Shown in pieces: positions 30,859 to 40,278 of a DNA stretch of 64,000 bases; position 1 is the first letter of the stretch; each line of letters opens with the position of its first letter. Location of the stretch: NCBI GenBank assembly GCA_022706085.1, contig JAKJDF010000003.1:338879-402878 (forward strand), read 5' to 3'. Made by a program: the position numbers and the translations under genes. Origin of the DNA: Candidatus Latescibacterota bacterium. Lineage in GTDB: Bacteria; Latescibacterota; MWCZ01. Under the pieces are notes generated by a model. The model was not told the origin of the DNA, searched no databases, and saw only the letters and a program-made list of their open reading frames with translations.

Positions 30859-33800
30859 TCAGAACACCGCGTTGAATTCCGCCCTTGCAGTGTGCATCAA
30901 TCGTGTCCCTGCATTCCGACGTGCGGAATAGGAAACAGACAGTGTGGCGAGAGAGGAAAGGCGATAGCTGGCCAGCACTGACGCTCGGAAATTGTGGCCC
31001 CCGTTCCTGCCGTTGAGCAGGTGGACCGGAAGCATTCTATTGGGTGTTCCGTTGTGCACAAAAACTCCCGACCATTGCGCTGACGTACGCATCACGCCGC
31101 GATTTCCCCACGACTTGCGCCACGCCGGTTCAAGGCTGACGACATACGCTCCCAGCGGCTTGCCCTGAACACTGCCGTACGCCGCGGCGGGAACGCCATC
31201 CTTGCCTGCACCCACTTCGTTCCGCAGGGAGAACTCATCGAACGACGAATTCCGGTACGTGATGGATTGATCGAGCCAGCTTCTCCGCACGGAGTAATCC
31301 TGATTGCTCCCACTTCTCAAATCGCTCTGCCACTTGAGCTCTGCGGTCCAATCCGTTCCGGGGCGCACCCTGAGTCTTCCACGAACCGAGTAGTCTTTCT
31401 GGTTCGTCACCGCCGGCACGCCGGCGCGGGAATACAGTGCAGCGTCATAATCTTCATACGCCATGACGCGGAACCGCAGGTCTCCCGCCCACGATGGGTC
31501 CCGGAAAAGCAGGTCCTGGGTTACGCGCACCGAACCTCGCAGGGTCGGAGATTTGCCCGCTTTTCGAAACGTCCACAGCTTCAGGAGGTAAAGATCACTC
31601 GTACGCGCGGTGTCGGTTTCGCTGATCAGAACGTTCGTCTCTGTACCCACTACCCTGATCGCTCGTTGCCACAACGGACGAATCTCGTTTGTCCTCGGAT
31701 TCGCCGCTCCTTTCCACAGACGATTGAAATCGGTGTTCATCTGCCACGCCGCGTCCAACGTCACCGTCGGACTGAAGTCGTCCGTGTCTCGGTACCGGAG
31801 AACGTAAGAAGCGGCCGGATCGCCAGCGGGCGCGATGACAACCTCTGTTTCAGCGAGGATCGCACGGGTGTCGTTCGGGTCAATCGGTGCGTAGTCGCCG
31901 CGGCCGGCACCGACGTAGAGAAACAGGCGCTCACGTTTCGCTGTTCGAGTTGAAGCGACGCGGTAGCGAAACGCATTTCGTACGCCGCCACCGAGAGCTT
32001 CATGGCGGATATCCACGTCAGCGTTGTCGGAAACGGTGCCGCCCCCACCGGCGAAATTCTGGCGTTTTCGCCACGCATATTCAGCCGTACTGGACAGACC
32101 TTTCCAGGAGCGCACGGCGCCGCGCCACGTCTGCGTATAGGATCGCTGCTGGCGGACCCAGCTCCCGAACAGGCTGTCGTATACGCTGTTGTACCGCGAT
32201 TGGACCTCCGCGGAGATGGCGAAATGTTCTGTCTCGGACATTGCAAGTCCCGCCGACCAGTCCTGGAATCTCGTTCCGTAGAGACGTTCGCGAGGGCTAT
32301 TCCGTGTGTCCTGTTCACCTTCCCATTTCGCCGAAGAAGTTACGTGGAAAACAGGGGTTTTGACTTCCGCTCGGCCCCTGTAGATATCACCGGAGGTCAC
32401 AGAACCATGTACCGGGCTGATGCTCATGGCGATCTTCTCACCAGTAACGCGTACGGCGGGCATGTGGTCGCCCGTGGTGCGCCACGACAGGCCGGTTCGC
32501 CGCGCCGTGTGCCCGTCGCGTTCGGCAAGGCGGTTTCGTTCCAACCAGCCGATGTCCCAGTCCAGCGTGTGGCTTTGTACCGGGTTGTACGTAAGCGCCA
32601 CTTCTCCGGTAGTCTCCTGTTCTCTGTTCTCGTCCACGCCGAGGCCCCAGCGCCGGTTGTCGTAGGGGTCTATGGTCCGATACAGAGCCCCAAAACCTTC
32701 GTCGACTTTCCTGCCTTTCGCGCGAACGTTGACCGAACCGAATCGGCCGTCCCGGGGGGCCAGGCGCGTTTCGATGGAGATCGTTCCCGCAAAGCGCGTG
32801 TTATCTTCGTCATCGGCACGGGAAATGACGTTTTTGTCGATATCGCTCATCGCGGCTTCGCATTCCAGCTGGAAGTTGTTCGCCGGCCGGTATGTCGTCC
32901 ACAGAGACGCAAGCCGTGTGCGTTGCGGGAGCGGGTAGGTGATTCGCGGGACCCAGTCGCCATTTCCCTGGCCCACGTAGACCATGTCCTGTTCGAAGTA
33001 TCCCTGTCTCCGGATGTAAGATCCTTTCCCCGGGCCGACGCGCGTGAACATCACGTCATACTCGCCGCTGTCGGGAGTCGTTTTTACGAAGTACTCAGTG
33101 TTCGGGTCAACGAGGCGGTACCCGCCGCCGGGTTGATACGACCAACCGGGCCGCGATGCCCGCGCGGGATCGTCTCCGGCGGCAGCCAGTATTGCTCTGG
33201 CAGTGTCATCCATTTCTACACCGAACGACTCGCCGGTATCGTCGCCTTCCTGAACGAAAAACACGCGTGTCTGCCACTCTCCGCGGCGCTGTCCATCCTG
33301 CGCATATGCGGACAGAAGCGTTGTCGTTCGTGCGTACGATTCGCTCGAATACTCGTAGTCTACGACCACTTCCATGTCATCCCGCAGAAGCCATTTGCGC
33401 GTAAACGTGAGCTCACCGGCCGAATAGTCTATCGTGTAATCGTTCGGTTCGCCCCGGACAAGCAGTCTGCCATCTATCCACACTCGTTCGGTTCCCGCAA
33501 TAACCACGATGCCCGCATTGCCGTTTTTGTCGGTCAGACGGTAAGGTCCCTGATTGCCGTCAATTACAGGAAGATGGAGACTGCGAAACTCGCCCCGCGT
33601 GGTGGCGATCCCTGCGGAGGCACCCCATCGATCGAAGGACGCCGCACCCATGGCCCCGTCCAGCCGCCGGGAAAAACGGCCGAATTCCCCGACGTCATTC
33701 CTGGCGTCGAATGAACCGAGCAGCGCACGATAGTGGGGGCTTTTGATCTCCACCAGAACCTTGTCAATCTCTTGCAGTTCCTGCGTTGTTCCCTCCGGTT

Positions 33801-34428
33801 GAATTGGCAGGTTCTGGTCGCTCAATTCCGCCGTAACGGTAACATTTTCGGCGACGGTACCGTTGATGCTGACGCGAAGCGACTGCTCCAGAGTGAGATC
33901 GCGTCCCGAACCTACCTGCACCGCGAAGGTCTTGTTTCCGCCGATTCGCAGGTTGCTTTCGGGCAACGGCTGGCGGCGCGCAAGCGCGGACGTGCGGGGC
34001 GCGCCGATCGTATCTCGCGCCACCGAGTCCAGTTGCGCCGGTCGCAACCATCGCTGTCGTACGGGCCAGTCCGCAGGAATTCTGCGATAACGGATGACGA
34101 CCTCGGCGCCGGGCGGCAACGGTCTCAGGAAGACGACGCGTCGATGATCGTAGTCCACCGCGAAATCTTTCCCGGAGATTAGCCCACCATCCGACGTCTC
34201 CACTTCCACGGAATCGCGCACGAGCACCACTTCGGGAAGCAAGACCGCGATCGTCTCAGCGGCCGGCACGTTCCACACAAACTGTTCCCAGCCGGATTTC
34301 AATTCCCCCGCAACGACGGATCCATTCGCACGCAGGATCAACATGCTCGCGAAAATGGCTAGCAAACCTGCGCGAGGAGTCCGCCACGGGCGGACGGGTG
34401 ACCGGACTCTCCGGTTCTTCGCGCGCAT
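30859..34428 (-). CDS. very large secreted protein, predicted outer-membrane beta-barrel, unknown function
   Basis: 1189 aa from the ATG at 34428 (Arg-rich n-region, hydrophobic core AGLLAIFASMLIL, then LRA-NG). Rich in Tyr/Trp/Arg amphipathic beta-strand-like segments; C-terminus ...RAEFNAVF ends in aromatic Phe as in OM barrels. No recognisable family. Alternative starts at 34344 (ATG) and 34545 (TTG). Confidence 0.55.
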   Translation of the reverse strand: MRAKNRRVRSPVRPWRTPRAGLLAIFASMLILRANGSVVAGELKSGWEQFVWNVPAAETIAVLLPEVVLVRDSVEVETSDGGLISGKDFAVDYDHRRVVFLRPLPPGAEVVIRYRRIPADWPVRQRWLRPAQLDSVARDTIGAPRTSALARRQPLPESNLRIGGNKTFAVQVGSGRDLTLEQSLRVSINGTVAENVTVTAELSDQNLPIQPEGTTQELQEIDKVLVEIKSPHYRALLGSFDARNDVGEFGRFSRRLDGAMGAASFDRWGASAGIATTRGEFRSLHLPVIDGNQGPYRLTDKNGNAGIVVIAGTERVWIDGRLLVRGEPNDYTIDYSAGELTFTRKWLLRDDMEVVVDYEYSSESYARTTTLLSAYAQDGQRRGEWQTRVFFVQEGDDTGESFGVEMDDTARAILAAAGDDPARASRPGWSYQPGGGYRLVDPNTEYFVKTTPDSGEYDVMFTRVGPGKGSYIRRQGYFEQDMVYVGQGNGDWVPRITYPLPQRTRLASLWTTYRPANNFQLECEAAMSDIDKNVISRADDEDNTRFAGTISIETRLAPRDGRFGSVNVRAKGRKVDEGFGALYRTIDPYDNRRWGLGVDENREQETTGEVALTYNPVQSHTLDWDIGWLERNRLAERDGHTARRTGLSWRTTGDHMPAVRVTGEKIAMSISPVHGSVTSGDIYRGRAEVKTPVFHVTSSAKWEGEQDTRNSPRERLYGTRFQDWSAGLAMSETEHFAISAEVQSRYNSVYDSLFGSWVRQQRSYTQTWRGAVRSWKGLSSTAEYAWRKRQNFAGGGGTVSDNADVDIRHEALGGGVRNAFRYRVASTRTAKRERLFLYVGAGRGDYAPIDPNDTRAILAETEVVIAPAGDPAASYVLRYRDTDDFSPTVTLDAAWQMNTDFNRLWKGAANPRTNEIRPLWQRAIRVVGTETNVLISETDTARTSDLYLLKLWTFRKAGKSPTLRGSVRVTQDLLFRDPSWAGDLRFRVMAYEDYDAALYSRAGVPAVTNQKDYSVRGRLRVRPGTDWTAELKWQSDLRSGSNQDYSVRRSWLDQSITYRNSSFDEFSLRNEVGAGKDGVPAAAYGSVQGKPLGAYVVSLEPAWRKSWGNRGVMRTSAQWSGVFVHNGTPNRMLPVHLLNGRNGGHNFRASVLASYRLSSLATLSVSYSARRNAGTRLMHTARAEFNAVF

Positions 34429-34541
34429 CCGCAGGGTCGTCGGCGCAAACCGGCGATTACGTGCGACAGGATGGGTCTGGGAGAGGGACGAGCCGCGGCG
34501 CAGCCATCCGGCGGGATGCAGAAAGGGCGCGGTGTTCGACG

Positions 34542-35039
34542 TCAAAGGACCAGTTGCTTGAACGTATCCGAGCCAAGTGCGACGAAAAATGGCGGTTCAA
34601 ATCCTGCCATGCGAACGTACACGGAGAGCTTGCCGTTGTGGTTGTTGGTGTGATCGCGCATGAAAATGAGGATCTGCGCCGGAGTGGCCTCGAATCCCCA
34701 CGGCGTCAGAACGGGAGCATGGAGGCGGTGAAAACTGATCGATCGAGCAAGCGAAATCACTTCGTCTCGAGTCTGGAGAAGGAGGTTCCAGAGCGCTGTC
34801 CGGCCGGGGTAGTCGTCAGGTGAAAACCCTTCCGATTCAAATGCCCAGCCCTGGCCTGCGGCACCGAGTGCCATCCCCCGTTCCACGGATGCGATATGCA
34901 CTATCTGTTCGCGGAACGAGCGCACCGCGGGCGATGGACGGAAGTCAATGTGTTCTTCCGGCATTGCTTCGACCATGCCGATAGAGACGTCGTGGACTAT
35001 TTCATACAGCGGGAGAAAAACACGATCCGCAAACTGCAT
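34542..35039 (-). CDS. DinB-like (DinB_2) metal-dependent hydrolase family protein
   Basis: 165-aa C-terminal portion of the track ORF starting at the ATG at 35039, with His-containing helices (EQIVHIASVERG, HRLHAP). The rest of the long track ORF is antisense to the SDR gene. Confidence 0.5.
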   Translation of the reverse strand: MQFADRVFLPLYEIVHDVSIGMVEAMPEEHIDFRPSPAVRSFREQIVHIASVERGMALGAAGQGWAFESEGFSPDDYPGRTALWNLLLQTRDEVISLARSISFHRLHAPVLTPWGFEATPAQILIFMRDHTNNHNGKLSVYVRMAGFEPPFFVALGSDTFKQLVL

Positions 35040-35178
35040 GGGGCACTCCTGTGTTCTTCGGCGCAATTCTGTTCCCGGGGGTGCCGAAGGGTTACATTTC
35101 AGACGTGCGAATGAGTTACAAGAACCGTGTGCAAAGCGTGCGGAAACACAAAAGACTCCTTCTCGTTGGTGTAAGAAT

Positions 35179-35970
35179 ATGGACTTGGGCCTCAAAGGGC
35201 AAGTTGTGATGGTGTGTGGCGCCAGCAGCGGGTTGGGGCTGGCTGTTGCGGAAGAATTCGCCAGGGAAGGGGCAAGAATAGCGATTTGCGCCCGTTCCGC
35301 CGACGAACTGGAACGACAGACGGCAAGGCTTTCCTCAACACATTCCGTCGAGGTGCTACCGGTCGCGGCGGACCTCTCGAACGCCGACGGGGTGAATGCC
35401 GCGTTCACCGGGGTGCGGAACGGATTGGGTGGGGTTGACGTACTGGTCACGAACGCCGGTGGGCCACCCGCGGCGAGGTTTGAACACACGAACGACTCAG
35501 AGTGGGAAGCGGCATTCCAGTTGACGCTGATGCATGCGGTCCGTCTCTCCCGGCTTGCGGCTCCGATCATGCGGCAGCGCGGCGGGGGACGCATCGTGAA
35601 TTTGGTCTCGATCAGCGTGAAACAGGTCGTGGAAAACCTCGTGCTTTCGACGGCGATCCGTTCCGCCGTTGTCGGCCTGGCGAAAACTCTCGCGATGGAA
35701 CTCGGGCCCTGGGGTATCACGGTCAACAACGTTTGCCCCGGGTATATCGGCACGAAACGCCTGGAATCCCTCTGGGGCGGAGCCGCGGAAAAGGCCGGAA
35801 TCACGTTTGACGAATACTGCCGCAATCAGGCGAAAGCGATTCCTCTCGGCAGGATCGGGACACCTCAGGACGTTGCCGCCCTTGTCGTGTTTCTCGCGTC
35901 GTCGCTGGCCAGCTACATGACCGGCGCCACGATCCAGGTAGACGGCGGCCTGTACAAGGGTTTGCTGTGA
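35179..35970 (+). CDS. SDR family oxidoreductase (3-oxoacyl-ACP-reductase-like)
   Basis: CGASSGLGLAVA Rossmann motif, NAG block, YxxxK-type active-site region. Confidence 0.8.
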   Translation: MDLGLKGQVVMVCGASSGLGLAVAEEFAREGARIAICARSADELERQTARLSSTHSVEVLPVAADLSNADGVNAAFTGVRNGLGGVDVLVTNAGGPPAARFEHTNDSEWEAAFQLTLMHAVRLSRLAAPIMRQRGGGRIVNLVSISVKQVVENLVLSTAIRSAVVGLAKTLAMELGPWGITVNNVCPGYIGTKRLESLWGGAAEKAGITFDEYCRNQAKAIPLGRIGTPQDVAALVVFLASSLASYMTGATIQVDGGLYKGLL

Positions 35971-36884
35971 TTTCGAAGCCTCTTCCAGTCGCATCTGAAC
36001 CCGCCAACGGGGCGGAGCAGGGGAAGCGTCGTCTCCCACCGTGGTTTCGTGTTCCGGCGCCAGGGAATGAACGATACCGTGAGATCAAAGCCCTTCTCCG
36101 GCGCGAGCGTCTCCACACGGTCTGTGAGGGAGCGCGTTGTCCGAATATCGGGGAATGCTGGGGTAAGCATGGCACCGCCACGTTCATGATTCTCGGCAAG
36201 CATTGTACACGTCGGTGTCGTTTCTGTGCGGTAGAAAAAGGAACGCCTTCCATCCCGGATATCAGTGAGGCTGACAGCGTCGCTCGGGCAGTTCGAAGCC
36301 TCGGCCTTCGCCACGTTGTAATCACCTCCGTGACGAGGGACGATCTCCCGGACGGCGGGGCAGGTGCATTCGCGGCGGTGATTCACTCTGTGCGTGCCGC
36401 GAACGAAGGCGTCTCAATCGAGGTTCTGATTCCCGATTTCCGCGGGGACCTTGAATTGCTCAACGTCGTTCTGAAAGCGCGCCCGGACGTGCTGAATCAC
36501 AATCTGGAAACTGTGCGACGGCTGTACACGGCGGCGCGGCCGCAGAGCGATTACGAGCGCTCCCTCTCGGTGCTCCGCCATGCCTCGAAGCAGGGATGCG
36601 TCACCAAAACGGGCATCATGGTAGGACTGGGCGAAAGATGGGACGAGCTTGAGGACCTGTTTGCTGATGTCGCGCGTGCCGGATGTTCAATGATGACGAT
36701 CGGGCAGTATCTGCGCCCATCTGAGCAGCACCTTCCCGTAGATCGTTTTTACACGCCTGACGAATTCGCGATGCTTCGAAGCAGCGCCGAGAAGGCCGGT
36801 GTAAGCCATGTGGAAAGCGGCCCGCTGGTCAGAAGTTCATACCACGCGGCCCGGCAGGTGAAACACGCCACTCGTGAGAGGTGA
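35967..36884 (+). CDS. lipA: lipoyl synthase
   Basis: HTVCEGARCPNIGECW and radical-SAM CTRRCRFC motifs. GTG start overlapping the upstream stop. Confidence 0.9.
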   Translation: MISKPLPVASEPANGAEQGKRRLPPWFRVPAPGNERYREIKALLRRERLHTVCEGARCPNIGECWGKHGTATFMILGKHCTRRCRFCAVEKGTPSIPDISEADSVARAVRSLGLRHVVITSVTRDDLPDGGAGAFAAVIHSVRAANEGVSIEVLIPDFRGDLELLNVVLKARPDVLNHNLETVRRLYTAARPQSDYERSLSVLRHASKQGCVTKTGIMVGLGERWDELEDLFADVARAGCSMMTIGQYLRPSEQHLPVDRFYTPDEFAMLRSSAEKAGVSHVESGPLVRSSYHAARQVKHATRER

Positions 36885-36889
36885 ACAAA

Positions 36890-37819
36890 ATGCCGATCAT
36901 ATCGCGTATCGCCCCGATCATTCTTCTGGCCGGCATTGCCGTGGCGGGATGCGGCGATGAGGTTGGAGACGAGCAGGTACGGGAGAAGCAAGGAGAAGGC
37001 GTCAGCGAGTTGGCCGCGGTTTCGCCAGTCGCGGATGACCAGGGTGGCGCACCGGGGACCATGATGGCAACTCGCGGCGGGATTCAAAATCCGGTCCCGG
37101 GTCCGATGGCTGCGACGCCCGTGGATACCTTCCACCGTCAGATCATCAAAACGGTGGACATGACGTTGGAAGTGCCGAATGTTGACTCAGCCCTCGCGCG
37201 GTCTGAGCGGATCGCGCTCGAAGCGGGCGGTTATGTCGGGTCGGTAAGCAGGAACGAGGCACCCCCTGAAGGCGCTCGCAGCGGCATGATCACGCTCAAA
37301 GTGCCCGCCGGGAAGACGGACGAGTGCCTGTCCAGGCTCCGCGCTCTCGGGTCCCTCAAAAATGAACACATCTGGACGGAGGACGTCACCGAAGACTATT
37401 ACGACACGTCGATACGCCTGAGAAACGCACAGGCGGCCCGCGAGCAATTCGAAGCGCTGCTTCGTCAGGCTCGCACGGTGCCGGAAATCGTTGAGGTGCA
37501 GCGCGAACTCCAACGCACGACCGAGGAAATCGAACGGATGACCGGCCATCTGCGCCGCCTTTCGAATATGGTCGCGTTTTCGACGGTCAACCTGAGCGTT
37601 ACCGAACCGGTCCCCATCCTTCACGACAGGACAAGTGTTTTGGGCAGGCTGGCGGCAGCCCTGCGAGAAATGGTAGACACGTTCTGGCGCACGATCGCGT
37701 GGCTGATACGTATGCTCGGTGTGGTGATTCCAGTGGGACTGCTCGTTGGCGGGGTGTGGTGGTCGGTTCGCACCCACCTCAAAGCGCGCGTGCGACGCAA
37801 ATCGCGCAACCCGAGTTGA
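36890..37819 (+). CDS. DUF4349-like lipoprotein
   Basis: Lipobox (IAVAGC), coiled-coil middle, C-terminal TM helix. GAGAGG RBS. Confidence 0.55.
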   Translation: MPIISRIAPIILLAGIAVAGCGDEVGDEQVREKQGEGVSELAAVSPVADDQGGAPGTMMATRGGIQNPVPGPMAATPVDTFHRQIIKTVDMTLEVPNVDSALARSERIALEAGGYVGSVSRNEAPPEGARSGMITLKVPAGKTDECLSRLRALGSLKNEHIWTEDVTEDYYDTSIRLRNAQAAREQFEALLRQARTVPEIVEVQRELQRTTEEIERMTGHLRRLSNMVAFSTVNLSVTEPVPILHDRTSVLGRLAAALREMVDTFWRTIAWLIRMLGVVIPVGLLVGGVWWSVRTHLKARVRRKSRNPS

Positions 37820-37871
37820 GTCTCCAACCACTTCCTGCACCGGCGCACTCGTTGGGCAGCGCGGGCGTGCA

Positions 37872-39119
37872 TCACATGGTGATACCGGGCGCGGGAAACG
37901 CCTCGCAGAACGACGCAATCTCGTTCCGAGTCGAATCGAGCAGCGTTTCGTCGTCGTGATTGCGGATTATCAGGTCCATCCATTCGGCAATCTGGCGCAT
38001 CTCCGCTTCCTTCATGCCGCGAGTTGTAACAGCCGGCGTTCCGATTCTCAGGCCTGAAGGGTCGTTCGCTCTCCGCGGGTCATCGGGGATGGTATTGTAG
38101 TTCGTTTCTATCCCGCCAAGGTCCAGCGCGCGCGCGGCGATTTTGCCGGAAATTCCCTTATTCGTCAAGTCAATAAGAATCAGATGGTTGTCTGTTCCAC
38201 CCGATATCAGGTTGTACCCCTTTTTCACCAGGGCGTCCGCGAGCGTTTTTGCATTGCGCACGATCTGCCTGCCGTATTCCCGAAACTCGGGAGTGGCGGC
38301 TTCTTTCAGCGCGACGGCGATCGCAGCGGTCGTGTTGTTGTGGGGGCCACCCTGAAGGCCGGGGAATACTGCACGGTCGATTTTCTTCGCGAGTTCCTCT
38401 GAATTGGTCATAATCATCGCCCCGCGCGGCCCACGCAAGGACTTGTGCGTTGTCGTAGAGATCACGTCGGTGATTCCTACGGGCGATGGATGCTCCCCGG
38501 CGATGATCAGGCCGGAGATATGGGCAATGTCGGCAAGCGAATACGCTCCGACAGACCGGGCTATTTCGGCAATTCGGGGGAAATCTATGATGCGGGAGTA
38601 CGCCGTTGCCCCGCAGATGATAAGCTTCGGCCGGTGTTCCTTCGCCAACGCCTCGAGAGCGTCGTAGTCCAAAAGGCCGTTTGCGGTGTTGACGTGATAG
38701 GGAACAGAACGATAGTACCGGGCGGAGAAATTCACCTTCCATCCGTGAGTGAGGTGTCCGCCATGACGGAGATCGAGCCCCATGAGGGTATCCCCGGGCT
38801 CAAGCAGAGCGTGGCATACGGCCTGGTTGGCCGGCGAACCGGAATAGGGCTGGACGTTCACATATCTGGCACCGAACAGCTCTTTCGCGCGGTTCTGGGC
38901 AAGTGTTTCCAGCACATCAACGTTTTGCTGTCCCTCGTAATAGCGGTTCCCCGCGTACCCTTCGGAGTACTTGTTGGTGAACACTGAACCTGTGGCCTCA
39001 AGAACTGCTCTGGAGACGTAGTTCTCCGAGGGGATCAAGCGGATTTTACTCGTCTGACGTACCTCTTCCTGCTGAACCAGCGCCCACACTTCGGGATCAA
39101 CATCACGCAGATTGCTCAT
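37872..39119 (-). CDS. glyA: serine hydroxymethyltransferase
   Basis: SHMT blocks (IPSENY..., TTTHKSLRGPRG PLP-lysine region). AAGGAG RBS 7 nt before the ATG at 39119. Confidence 0.9.
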   Translation of the reverse strand: MSNLRDVDPEVWALVQQEEVRQTSKIRLIPSENYVSRAVLEATGSVFTNKYSEGYAGNRYYEGQQNVDVLETLAQNRAKELFGARYVNVQPYSGSPANQAVCHALLEPGDTLMGLDLRHGGHLTHGWKVNFSARYYRSVPYHVNTANGLLDYDALEALAKEHRPKLIICGATAYSRIIDFPRIAEIARSVGAYSLADIAHISGLIIAGEHPSPVGITDVISTTTHKSLRGPRGAMIMTNSEELAKKIDRAVFPGLQGGPHNNTTAAIAVALKEAATPEFREYGRQIVRNAKTLADALVKKGYNLISGGTDNHLILIDLTNKGISGKIAARALDLGGIETNYNTIPDDPRRANDPSGLRIGTPAVTTRGMKEAEMRQIAEWMDLIIRNHDDETLLDSTRNEIASFCEAFPAPGITM

Positions 39120-39278
39120 TAAAAACTCCTTAAGGTACATAAACGCCGCCGGGGAATGGGTGCCGTCGGATTTGGAGAAAAAGTCCGCCCGTGGCAAGGA
39201 TTAAAATGTACCGTTTGCGCCACTTGCTTCGCAAGGCGAAACTCAAGGATGCGCCGCATCGGCAGACCTGAGAGCGTG

Positions 39279-40154
39279 TTATCTGAGGTGCAGGTCCGCA
39301 AGCATCCGGAAGAGGTTATCGAGGCAGACGCGCGTGGCGTACTCGCCTTCCTTGCTGAAGGCAGCCCCGCCGGGTCGGTTCAGCTGTTCTTCGTCGAGGG
39401 CTGTCGGTCTCCAGTGGGTTTCGAGCGACACGAACCCATCGTAACCGTCGGCGACAAGTGCAGCGAACTGGGAGCGGTAATCCACAAGTCCTTCCCCGAT
39501 TGGGACACACCGGGGTTCGTTCTTCGCCGGGTCCCGCAGCGCGTCCTTGAGATGCATGTGGCGCATCCTGTGCTTCACCGCCTCGTATCCGTCGGGGAAC
39601 GGGATTTCCCTGTCCTCGTCGTCGTAGATGCAATTTGCCGGGTCCCACATTGCGGCAACCCGGTCCGCGTTGAGATCGCCCAGAAATCTCGCGAGGCGCC
39701 TGCCGGTTCCGACCATCGTGCTTGCTTCATTCTCAATGGCGAGGGTCTTGTCGTATTTTTCAAGAAGGGTAAGTGGCTCGGCAAAAGCGGTCAGTATATC
39801 CTGCCAGTGGTTTTCCACGGGCGTTTCGCGCCAGAACGTGAATCCCCTGATAATCGAGCACTCGAGAGCGTCGGCGAGACGGGCACACCGCTCGAGAATC
39901 AGAATGTGTTCTTTTCGTTCCTCGGCGTTGCCCAGATGGCATTTGAAAAAGGGGGACGCTATGCTGGCCACCTTGAGGCCGGTTCCCTTCAGGATTTCCC
40001 GAACTTCGCGGATATCCCGGTTATCAAGTTGTTGAGGGGGTTTGTCCCAGACCGAGCGTATTTCGACGCCATCGAGACGGTACTCCGACGCAACGGCTAC
40101 CGCTCGTTCAAAGTCCTGCGAAATCTCATCCGTGAAAACCGACAGCTTGAACAT
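39279..40154 (-). CDS. sugar phosphate isomerase/epimerase (xylose-isomerase-like TIM barrel)
   Basis: 291-aa portion from the ATG at 40154 with TIM-barrel isomerase-like blocks. The upstream 94 codons of the track ORF look non-coding. Confidence 0.6.
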   Translation of the reverse strand: MFKLSVFTDEISQDFERAVAVASEYRLDGVEIRSVWDKPPQQLDNRDIREVREILKGTGLKVASIASPFFKCHLGNAEERKEHILILERCARLADALECSIIRGFTFWRETPVENHWQDILTAFAEPLTLLEKYDKTLAIENEASTMVGTGRRLARFLGDLNADRVAAMWDPANCIYDDEDREIPFPDGYEAVKHRMRHMHLKDALRDPAKNEPRCVPIGEGLVDYRSQFAALVADGYDGFVSLETHWRPTALDEEQLNRPGGAAFSKEGEYATRVCLDNLFRMLADLHLR

Positions 40155-40278
40155 ACGGGTTATCCCTTCAGGTGGCGAAAGTTTTCTGCTGTTACCCGGC
40201 AGGGCTTTGCGCGGCTTGTGAAAAAGTATACGCGGGTCGCGGAGATATGAACAACCACATCCGTTCGGACGAAGAACC

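Noticed and set aside
32002-33714. 570-aa plus-strand ORF
   Set aside because: Antisense to the large outer-membrane protein gene, whose own frame has a far more protein-like composition and a signal peptide.
34542-35825. Full 427-aa minus-strand track ORF
   Set aside because: Only the C-terminal 165 codons (from the ATG at 35039) look like a real DinB-like gene. The upstream portion is antisense to the SDR gene at 35179-35970.
39130-39220. ZTP (pfl) riboswitch-like 3' motif CCGCCCGTGGCA on the plus strand near glyA
   Set aside because: It is on the strand opposite to glyA, the candidate is far too short for the two-subdomain pfl architecture, and no plus-strand target gene follows. Retained only as a suggestion to run Rfam on the glyA leader.
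39156-40250. 364-aa plus-strand ORF
   Set aside because: Antisense to the TIM-barrel isomerase gene.
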